From the human T2T-CHM13v2.0 reference genome, Homo sapiens, in the NCBI RefSeq assembly GCF_009914755.1, contig NC_060927.1: 64,000 nucleotides of DNA; one strand, written 5' to 3'. The notes under the pieces are model-generated. The model worked only from the letters and a program-made list of their open reading frames with translations, was not told the origin of the DNA and did not search any database. The stretch's first letter is position 1. The number at the start of each line of letters is the position of its first letter. Both the position numbers and the translations under genes were made by a program. This document shows positions 53,254-64,000 of this stretch, piece by piece.

Positions 53254-53614
53254 GTTAATAAAAAAAAGCAGCAAAAAAAAAAAAAAAAACCCAACATTTT
53301 ATGTTAGTCATTTATGTATATTGTGCCATATTACAAAATGTATTTAGGTGAGAGAAAGGGATACTATTTTTTCCTATTCTCTTTTTAGTGGGCTCTTCTG
53401 GGAGGTTGTGTTTGTGAGATAACTGTGGTTTCATCTGCTGTATTTGATCAGGAACAGGCAAGGTAGGTGACAAAGGTAGTGAGTGTTTATAAACAAGGGA
53501 TAACAGGAACTTTTTTTGTGTAAGTGCTCTGTAACCTTTTGCTTCAGTCTATCTGTGGTGCTGATTTAGAGCATGAGAACTATATCATTATAAATTCAGA
53601 TTGGAAGGAGCTCT

Positions 53615-54000
53615 TTCAGTTATCTATCAATGCATAAGAAACCATTCCAAAATATGTTGGCTTAAAACAACCATTTATTCTTGCTCATGAATGTATGATT
53701 GACTGGGAAAAAAAAACTAGTGATGTTGGCCAGGTCAGACTGATCTTGGCTGCACTCAGCCATGCATCTGCAGTCAGTTGGCAGACTGTCTGCCGACTGG
53801 CTGGTATAGAAAGGCTGTCTTCCTCGTGGTTGCTTAGTCTCCAGAAAGCTAGCCTGAGCTCATTCATATGGTGGTTGCAGGGGTCTGAGATAGCAATGGA
53901 ACTATGCAAAGCCTTATGAAGACTAGGATAGCAATTGGTACACAGTCACTTCTGCAGCATTCTACTGGACAAAATAAATCACAATGCTAATTCGTGTTCA
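53615..54000 (-). mobile_element. Old MLT1 LTR
   Basis: tggcttaaaacaaccatttattcttgctcatgaat, cagtcacttctgcagcattctactggacaaa. Confidence 0.75.
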
Positions 54001-54200
54001 AAGCTGATCACAATGGCTAAAAGAAAAATGCTAACAAAATTACCCAACCAATATGTTCACTTGGTTTTTTTTTGTACCTGGTAAGAGATTTTTCTCTTAT
54101 ATTCTTGTGCAACTCTTACTCATCCTTCAAGTCTCAGTTCATGCACCGCCTCCTCTGGGAATCTGGCCTGTCCTTTCTTCCAGCAGACTGAACCACAGTA

Positions 54201-54619
<419 letters not shown>

Positions 54620-55219
54620 TAGCACAGTGCTTGGCTCAACAAATATCTTCTGAATAAGTGAGATGATGGCCATTTCTCCAGTTCTTTTATCTCCCCAGTT
54701 CATATTCTCTTGATGCTGTCACCTTGAGAAGACTTTGTCCCTCCTGTTAATTTCTCTTCCTTAAAGCCTTAACAAATTGCACTATTTGTTAAGTTGTAAT
54801 CAATGCACCAATGAAACTATATTCCATATTTTGCAGCTAGAGTTTTGAGCTTTTGTGATGTTTACTAATTGCAATGTAGCATTGTTGCTTTAACTGTTCT
54901 GTTTTGGGGTGGCTTCCTTTTATATCCTTTTTTTGGTACAGTTGCAAGTGCCTAGGTTCCTAGCATTTACAAACACAGAAATGTTTATGGTCAAATGTTC
55001 AAAACTCCCCGGTAGTTCTGTAAGACATAGCTCTTAAAGTGCTTTTCTTTAACTGGCAATTTGATGCCATGGGAAGTTGTTACATAGTTGTGGAGGCCTG
55101 TAATGAGATTTTTTTTTTTTTTTTTTTTTGGTAACAGACCCCTCTGTTTCTGAGCATTTACCTCTTATTTCATGTTATTGCTTACAGATGTAAGTACTAT
55201 AGAATGAATGCCATTAGTT

Positions 55220-55390
55220 AAGACTCTCTGGGGTTGAGAAGAGAGATAATACCTAATTCAATATAATCTCATTGCATATAAATGACAATGGAGGCCCATG
55301 GAGGCAAAGTAACATATCCGAAGTCACATGTTGACTTTACGGTTTTAGAAACAGGATTTGTACAGTTAGAATAGTTCAGAAACATGGTAG
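55220..55390 (-). mobile_element. MIR fragment
   Basis: aaatgacaatggaggcccatggaggcaaagtaacatatccgaagtcaca. Confidence 0.55.
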
Positions 55391-55916
55391 ACAAGCTTGC
55401 TGCCCAGCAAGATAGTATTTTCCCCCTGGTTAAGCCAGGTGAAGCTCCACGTGATATGAGCCCTTTCTTAACAGAGATTCCTCTTTGAAAATGCACCATT
55501 TACCTTCCAGGTGGCCGAGTGTAGAGGGCAGTACCTCTTTGGCTGGACTAGGAGTCCATGTGCCTATGTTTGGTCCACTTGGGTTAGAATTATCTGGCTA
55601 AATGCAGATTACTGGGCACTAAGACCTCTTGAAGTCTTGGAGATTTCGATAGAAATCTGGTTGTTTTTTTTTTTTAATTTTTTAATTTTTTTATTTTTTA
55701 GCAAGTACTCAGTTGATTCTGATGCACCTGGAAGTCAGAATAAGAGAATATAATATAATGTTAGGCAATGAAAAGTGCTATGGAGAAAAATAAATTAATT
55801 TGAGGGATGATACTATTTGGATGGATTAGTTAGTGGGAATGACTTTGACCAGAGACCTGGAAAGAAGTAGCTGACCATGAAAATATCTATGGGAAGGGGG
55901 AACAAGAGTAAACACA

Positions 55917-56232
55917 GGCTGGGCGCAGTGGCTCATGCCTGTAATCCCAGCACTTTGGGAGGCCGAGGCAGGTGGATCACCTGAGGTCAGGAGTTCGAGA
56001 TCAGCCTGGCCAGCCTGGCCAACCTGGCGTAACCCTGTCTCTACTAAAAATACAAAAATTAGCCAGGCATGATGGTGCGTGCCTGTAACCCTAGATACTA
56101 GGGAGGCTGAGGTAGGAGAATCACTTGAACCCAGAAGGCAGAGGTTGCAGTTGTGCCACTGCATTTCAGCCTGGGTGACAGAGCAAGACTCTGTCTAAAA
56201 AAAAAGAAAAAAAAGAAAAAAAAAGAAAAAAA
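55917..56232 (+). mobile_element. AluSx with 9-bp internal duplication and ~10-bp right-arm deletion
   Basis: cagcctggc twice (56002-56019); ggttgcag joined to ttgtgccact; TSD-like agagtaaacaca / aaagtaaatgca. Confidence 0.95.
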
Positions 56233-59200
56233 AGTAAATGCAGAGGACCTGACCAGAAATGAGCTTTGCAGTTTCAAGGAGGAGAACGGCTTTACTATAA
56301 ACCACCCAGTTGCCTATCAATCTTAGAATAAAATCCAGTCTCCTTTCCATGCTCTATAAGACCTTATACAATCTGATCATTGTCAAGGACTAGTCACATG
56401 GCCACATGTGCTAGTGGGGCCAGAAAGAGTTGTTGGAAAATGTAGTCTCTAGCTCAGCAGGCTTCTGTCAACACAGGCTCCACACTATGGAAAGGGGAGC
56501 ACAAACCTTTGGGGATATCTTCTTCAGTAAGACCTTAGCAAGATGAGCCAAAAACTGACCACTGGATTTGGCAAAATGAAGATCATTAATGATTTGACAA
56601 AAGCTGTTTGAATGGAGTCAGGGGAAACTGATTGGAGTGATTGGTAACTTTTAGAGACTTCCTATTATATATGAGTGAATAGCATGTTGGCTAGAAGGAT
56701 GCGGGCTCTGGGAGATCTTTTTCTAAATTGGAGGTTTTATAGCATCTTTGAAAGCTATTAGGATTGATCAAGCTTGGAGGGAGAAATTGACATTGTAGGA
56801 GACAGGAAAGAACAAACATTTTGAGAAGGGAAGAGCAGAAGGAATCCAATGCACCAAGGGAGTTGTTGGCCCTAGAAAGCATCAGGGACAGTCCATCCTT
56901 TCTAACAAGGGAGGGCAAGTCCAGAGGGCTTATAAGGGGAGGAGTCATGATCCTAGTCAATTCTTCTTCAAAGCCTGTTTTACAAATTTGCCCAAGGCCA
57001 GCTGTGTTCAGGAAAAAGGGATTTCATTATTTTTCTCCTCCTCCTCCTATCCCTTCTCTTCCCATTGTGTGCCATATGGTCCTTTGCTCTCAGAACCCGT
57101 AGTTCTAGCTAATACCATGTATTCATTCAGCAAGCTTTTTGTGCACCCACTCCAAAAAATGTGGTGTCCCCAAATGTATGGTGTAGCATCTGGGTTACGG
57201 CTTCTTACCATCAGTGAGAAGTCATTCTCTTTTTTTACCCTTGATAGAGTAGTTATCAGAGTTCCTGGGAGAGCTGATGATTTTGACTAGCTGGCTACAT
57301 TCCTGGGTCTGAGCCTAGAAGGGGTGTCCTCTCTGATGATTGGGTGGCCTCAGGAGATGATGTGGAAAGGGGATTTGCCCTGTCAGCTAGATGAGCTAAA
57401 ACACCCCAGAGATAAAAGAGTGACAAAGGTCATAGTCAGATCTCTCTCAATGCCCAGGCTATCATCAGGTTAATGCTTTTATGTCATTTAACCAGAATAT
57501 TCCTTTAAAGACTGGTTATCTTGCTAGACATTGACAATTGATTTTATGAATGTGGGAGGGAGCATTCTTTTTAATATTTTTTTCTTTTATCTGCCCAGGA
57601 TTTTCTTAAGTCAACTTTATTTCGTACCATTCTTTGATGCATAACTAAGAAGCTGGAAGGTACCCAGAGGGGAATTTTTATGAAAAATAGAAACTCAAAT
57701 AGGATACCCAGCTCATTGAAGAGTTTGAGTTACTGATGAATAACTTAGTATGTACCAAGTAAAAACCTGATGCTAGAAGACATGGCCAGCAAAGAGAATA
57801 CTTGAGTATGCTTGCAAATATACAATTAAGTAGGCTTGTGTGAGATGGAGGCTTTAAGTAATTCCTGTGGTAAAATATGTTGTGAGTTTCACACAAGGGG
57901 CTTTAAACCAAAGTCCTGAAATACAAATCACTTGAGAGTAAGTATGCTTGATTGTCTAATTGTCCTTATTACCAATATGTAAGATTATTAACAGAAATAT
58001 ATGAAGGATTCAGGGTAGGGTGAAAGGATAATGAGGAAAGGACGACAACACCAGGGCTAAGGTTGGTACAGACAAATATATGACAAGTGCTGAGAGTACT
58101 GAAACTATATGGAATATCTGGGTATATATTATATGGCCAGCAGACACACGGAAACATATTTACCCCTGGAGAGAGTAACTGTCAGGGCTCCCAGGACAGC
58201 TGATGGCATTTGCTCATTTGGTCACATTCCTGGGTCTGGGCTTGGGAGGAGGGGTATCCTTTTTCTTGAATGGGCGGGCTCAAGGGATGATGTAGAAAGG
58301 AGATTCCCACTCATTCATTCGGTAGCTTTATACTGACTGAAAAATTTAATTGTGTGTTCTAAAATACAAAGGTACAGCCAAAGAACAAGAGGAATCCCAG
58401 AATTTTCATAGGTATGCTCCTCGAGATGTTCTGTGCAATTGAAATTTAGGCTGCTAACTATATTTTAAACCTGTCTATAAAGATTTATAGTTTTCCTGAT
58501 CTAATTAGATTGTAGGTCAAATGCTGCTGAATATCTGTCAAAGCTATGTCAGAGATCAAGTGCCTATAATTTTCAAGAAGTGACTGAGAAAGAAACTGTT
58601 ACTTCCAGTCATGACTGCTGCATGTTCCTCTGTTCTCGCCCAGTCTGGTGACAGTTCTAGTTTCCTCCTGCTGATGAGTTGGGGCTTTTTCCTGGACTGT
58701 GATGACCCCCAGGAAATGGAGAGGTGTCTTACATGATGGGCATGGCAAGTGAGAAGCACCTGGCTCCCCCTGACGGAGGGCATCACTGGGCCATACAGAC
58801 ATTGGGATATTGCCTTGGCATCTCTGATGCAGGAAACATGTGCTCAGGCACTAAACAGCACACATGTGAATCTGTTCCCTGGCACACGCTTAATGTCATT
58901 CGTAGTAGAACCAAATCACTCAGCTGAAAGTGGTGGCTTTTCTTTTATCTCTTATTGCTATTTTTCCCCCTGTTTGCTGGCTGAGAGGAAAGTAGAGCAA
59001 TACTGTGTACATTTGATAAACCAACACTTTTATTCTTTTATTGTTTTTTCTTTTGGTGTTTCTAATTCTGCCTGAATCTACAGGAGAAAGGCACAGCTAA
59101 TGGATTTGTTTTTGACAGCACTCTATTTCAAGAAGCTGATATCCTTTGGTTGAAATAAAGTATTAATATGGTATGCAATATATTTTATCTTCCTTCAATA

Positions 59201-60333
59201 TATGAAGTTTCTGAGGCTGTCTTCAAAGTTGCAAGTTCCCTAGAATTGGCACATAGATTAGAAGTGACTGATGGCTCACTTTAAATATATAGGAAGAAAT
59301 ACCCACAGTGATAAGGTGACTGTGGGAAGCTGAGTGCCCAAGATGCATTACTTGTAACACTCCTCATCCTAATCCCCAAAGCACTCAGGACAGGCTTTCT
59401 TCTCAGTGCAGGAGCTTACACGGGGACTTATGGCAGAAGAGAGTCAGCAGCTTTCCAACGCGCATTGTCTTAAAAACTTTCATATCCAGCCTACTGGGCT
59501 GTGTGAACAAGAAAGCTCACTCATCAGCAATTTCACCTCTGAATTCTTTCAAATGACCTTAGGCATTCTTTCCTAACATAACCTGTAGTTAAACTCCAAA
59601 GTAATGAGATTTAAAATTAGGCTTAGAGAAAAGATTGTCTTGTGAGGAGCAGCAAAGAAAAGACCAAATTAACCTATTATTGAATGGTTGAGTATTCTCA
59701 TGGAGCAGTAATATTTGGCCCAATTCATAGCATAATTTTAACTAAATCCGTGGGTGTCATGGCATATACATAGAAGATACATAAAAGGTAGGTTGCTGCA
59801 CCAGGCCTGTGTTTAAGAAGACTGCCTTAATTCAATTTAAAGAAATAGTTTAAGAGTAGCAGTTGTTTTGTTTTCTTTGTTTTGTTTCACCATGTCATCT
59901 CAGAAAATGGAAGTACTTCCTCTCAAGACACTGAACAGGAGTGAGATACGTGGCTGAAACAAAGGCTTTCACATCCCCTCCCCACAAGGTCCTTTGGGCT
60001 CCAGGGCTGATGAGCCATTGGCCATTTCTAGTGTTAGCTCTGCCTCAGTTCTATTCCTGGGCCTGTTAGGAGCAGCAGGGCTGAGTGCTATTAATCAGGT
60101 AAGCAAGAAGCCAGAATCAACACAGACCACAAAAGATTACCATTTTGTGAAGACAAGATTCAGTGGATTCCAACCCAGAAGATTCTGATGGTTGCCATTC
60201 ATCAGCCATACACCTACTCTTTTCCTTGCTAACAGAACACTGATTTTATTCCCTTTCTTCTAAGCAGCCATGTGTTTGAGGGGAGGCTCAGCTTCTTCCC
60301 TGAACCTAAGAGTGAAACTTGCTTTGTCTAAAC

Positions 60334-60511
60334 CACATTGTTAATGTGTGGGCTGGCAGTGTCAACATCAACCTGGAAACCTGTTAAAAATGCAGATTCT
60401 TAGGTCCCATCCCAGACTGCTGAATCAGAAATTCCAGGGAAGAGGACCAGGCGTCTGTTTTAACAAGTCTTCTGTGTGATTCTGATGCCAGCTGAAGTTT
60501 GAGAACCATCG
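60334..60511. mobile_element. MER5A hAT MITE
   Basis: aaatgcagattct..tgaatcagaaa..ttttaacaag..gattctgatgc..agtttgagaacca; perfect 8-bp TSD gtctaaac (60326-60333, 60512-60519). Confidence 0.92.
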
Positions 60512-62189
60512 GTCTAAACCAAACATGGAGGCCATGCCCCCAGCGATGTGATGGCTTTAAGTGGGGGTATATGATGCATTTCTGGTTGATGAGATGTGAG
60601 GGGAAGCTGAGGCTTCTTAAAAGAGACAGAAGACAGGTATGTTCCTCTTTTCCCTTGCTTCTGGAGGTTGATGTGTAAGGACACAATGCCCTCTGCAACC
60701 AGAGAGCTTATGATTTTTACAACCAGAGAACTTACGATTTTTATGAACAAGAGGTATTAGTAAAGAGGTTTGACAAAGAGTTATGTCTTTGAAATGATAA
60801 AATGTTAAAAATAAAAAGAGAGCAGAGGTTAGATGTAGTTTATGTGAATAATTTATTTGGAATATTCTGGCTAAGTGAGATCTTGTTTAGCTACCTGCCC
60901 TCTGCAGGTATGCCTCAATTGGCCCAGAACCTCACTCATGGGATGTCACCTTGAGGTCAGGCACTGGCCACAGGAATGGGGCCATCCACTCTGTGCAGAT
61001 CCCTTGCCAAACACTCTGTCTCTCACAGGAGCATTTTCCCAGGATGGTGAGGAATGGTTAGGCTTATATGTCACTCAGCTCACCCATGCTAAGACAAAGA
61101 GGGCCCCCAGAGTTGGGTTTGTAGCTGCCCAATGGCCACTGCTCAGACCAAGAGCAGTGTTTGCAGAGCTCAGCTATTTCTCATCAAGGATTATTTGCAG
61201 TTCTTTCCAGGCTTATGAGAAGTCTCATTGTGAACTCTGCAGAAGGGAGTCACAATATTTGATATTTAGTTACAAAGGCTCACAGTAGAAAATGTGACCT
61301 TTCGTTCTGTTTTATTTTCTTAACTGAGCCCTAAAGCACAAGAAGTGTTGGTTGCTGAGAGTTAGGCTAGGGACTTTGACTTCCTATCCATCTAAGTTAG
61401 AGTTAACTTTGTAATGGTTGGTCCGATTTCATACAACCTCCTTTCCATCCTCCAGTCTTCTGTAACATCAAAATCTCAAAGCATTTCCTGATTTGGCCTT
61501 TGGGCTTAGGTAATATACCGTATAAAGCAGGCAGACTGATTTTGTTTCTTTTCATTTTTAATACCAATTGCCCAGATAAAAAGGAAACTTCAGTGAATTT
61601 TATTGCAACAGCAGAATGTGGAGATTAATTAGCAGGCTCCCTCTCTTTTCCCTGCCGAGTTGACTATGTGGGTGACACGTGGGCTCCCTCTCTCCACTCT
61701 CACTGATTTAGGGAGCATTCAGCCCATTAGTTGGAGGGCCTTTCAGCAACACGGCCTATCTGTCCCAGTGTGACTATTTATAGGCTACTTTGTTCCAACA
61801 AACCGCTTTCATTCTAGCTCCTTCATCTGAAATTGTTGGTAGTGAACTATTTCCATTATCCAAGAGGGTGCTATGAGCCGGATCTTATTTTCAATTTGAG
61901 GTCATTAATATCATTAGGTTGAAGTGATTTAATGTGGCACAGTAGGGATGAATGCACTACAGATGTTACTGTCATGGAAGCAAATTGGGCACAGACTCAA
62001 GGCGTAAGATAGAACTGCTGTAGACTGTGGTGTTCAAAATAATGCATGTAACATTTATTCCAAACCAGATGTGGCCCCATTCAGAGTCCCTGCTGTTTCC
62101 TGAATTGAGTTTAGTAAGCTGGCATTAAGGTTTTTCCTGCTTTGACCCGAGCCTCTCTCCTGCTCCATCTTCCTCTTACACTCTCTTTT

Positions 62190-62660
62190 ACCACTCCCTC
62201 GGAATGCCCCACACTGCCTGCTGTGGTCTGCATTTGCCCAGTACTTCATGTATCCATGTCTCTGTTCATGCCCTACCCTGACTTGAAATGTCCTTGTTTT
62301 ATCTGTCTAACAATGGGCTCATGTGTCCTCCGACAATATTCTACTCACTTTTCAAGGTCCAGAGTAAATATCACCTCCTCCATGCAGCCTTCTCTGGTTT
62401 CCTCTCACTCAGAATGAATCTCTCCTTGGCACCCACACAAACTCGCCAAGCAGATTACCTGCACTTCTTTTAGCATGTATGTCATTTTGCCCTATATTGT
62501 GGTTAGCTGTTTTTATGTCTGTCTTTCTCATGTGACTGTGTAAGCTGCTTAAGGGGAAAATGGGTCTTATTTATTTTGAAATGTTTCTTCTGTTCCTAGC
62601 ACCTGGAGCAGCGCCCAGAGTGCGGTAGGTGTTCAGTAAATATATGCTTAATAAATGGAA
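62190..62660 (+). mobile_element. L2 LINE 3' fragment
   Basis: ttcaaggtccag..aaatatcacctcctccatgcagccttc, gtaggtgttcagtaaatat. Confidence 0.7.
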
Positions 62661-63335
62661 GACTATTATGATTTTTCTTCCACATTAGATTCTCCCTAGA
62701 AAAAGGCAGAAAAAAAGCAGCCATAGTTTGACTGCAGAGTTTGAATAATTTCAGAGAAATTGTTTGTTTCTTTAGGTTTTTTGTGGATTAATTTTAAATT
62801 AACAAATGAAAAAGTGTTATGTTTTCAGCACCTAATTGTATTCCTGATTTAATCTTAAATATAAGACAATGCTCCCAGAAATCTGGCCTTTCTCTTCTAT
62901 AATATTTTTTTCACTTCTTTTCAAACACAATGTTGTTCCACATTTTGATTAAAAAGAAATATATTTGACTGAAAGAATGGCACTATCCCGTTCAGCTATC
63001 TCTTAGGAAACGCCTGAAGGATGATGTGGCCCAGCATTTATGGCTGATGCCACTTTACACAGAACACTCAGGACTGCCCTCCCTCCCCAGGGTCACTGTG
63101 CAGTGCTTTTAATGGAGGAGGTGGTTTCCTATTTCATGATATCCTCAGGCAGGACAGCTTAGCCCCACCAATGTGAGTGGATGCTCACTGTCTCCTCAGG
63201 CATCGTCTTCTGTTTTATGCTAAAAGCAGCGTTGAATCAGCCCATTCCACTGAAGACTTACCAGTGGGCCACTAGATTTTGAGATATTTTTGCCCACTTG
63301 AGAGAAAATGTAGCTTAAGTATTTTTTTTACCCCA

Positions 63336-63813
63336 TGTGTGCTGAATATTTTTAATTTACTCCTCCAGATATACTTCCTACCATTTTTCTACTCTGCTTT
63401 GTGCCCCAGGAGGCTGTCCTGTGCTTCTTTGGTCTCTGGCTTCTAGTTGGGTTCAGCCCATTGGCAGGAGATTGGAGGAAGGTAGGGAGGGAGTTGGGTA
63501 TTTATTCTCTGAGCTTCTTCCTGTGGGCTGGCTATGTCCCTCCATTGAAGGTTACAGTTTCTGTGGTGGCCCCGGCCACAGAGCTCTCTATGTGTCTGGG
63601 TTCTGGTGACCACTCCTTCCAATTGCCCCTTTAGGCTGAGAGGTGGTAACAGACCCAGCCATTACTAGGCCTCAGCTATCTCATGTTTTAGGGATACTTT
63701 TACTTCCCTTCAGGGACATTCCCATTATACCTTGTCAATAGTCTTTGTGTTAAACTTTCCTCATGACCCATGAGTGTACCATCATTTTCCTGCCAGGACT
63801 TGATTGAATCACA
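63336..63813 (+). mobile_element. LTR33-like ERVL solo LTR
   Basis: ctgctttgtgccccaggaggctg, ctctggcttctagttgggttcagcc, gggtatttattc, gagtgtaccatcattttcctgccaggac. Confidence 0.72.
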
Positions 63814-64000
63814 GTGTCATATCAGACACACCTGGAGTGTCCTAGATTTGGTTTTGTTTTTAAATCTCCTTCTCCTTGTGAAAAACTTGTGCTCCAGACT
63901 TTAGTGAGACAAGAATTGGGTAGTAAGTGAGGAAAGGAACAAAATTCATGGGGCTTTCTGCTTAGCAACTTCCTTTATCAATTCTTCTGGGAAGCATCTC

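Noticed and set aside
55109-55129. Isolated T21 run as a tail-only retroinsertion
   Set aside because: No flanking TSD found; treated as a simple mononucleotide repeat.
59989-60104. Strong donor CAG|GTAAGC at 60098/60099 as a possible exon end
   Set aside because: The upstream acceptor I could pair with it is a weak AAG; isolated donors are common by chance.

Overview
Primate (very likely human) non-coding genomic DNA dominated by transposable elements. The main elements are a full-length, decayed minus-strand L1PA8-type LINE (1388-7907) and a plus-strand L1PB element (24490-33360). The L1PB hosts three younger insertions: a truncated L1PA, an AluS and an ERV9/LTR12 solo LTR. There are also nine Alus, solo LTRs (THE1, MSTA, MER21, MER4, MLT1, LTR16/33), L2/MIR remnants and DNA-transposon MITEs. 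I recognise no host protein-coding exon, RNA gene or CRISPR array. The long ORFs are L1, L2, Alu or LTR derived, or chance. I found no evidence for a new multi-gene system. The best leads are: (i) an LTR12 promoter aimed at a nested L1PA poly(A) end; (ii) the L1PA8 antisense promoter plus two candidate + strand exons, one with a U1-like sequence able to pair with its own donor; (iii) a templated-insertion repair scar at 45.8 kb; (iv) two Alus sharing a triplicated target site. Subfamily names are recalled from consensus sequences and need RepeatMasker confirmation.
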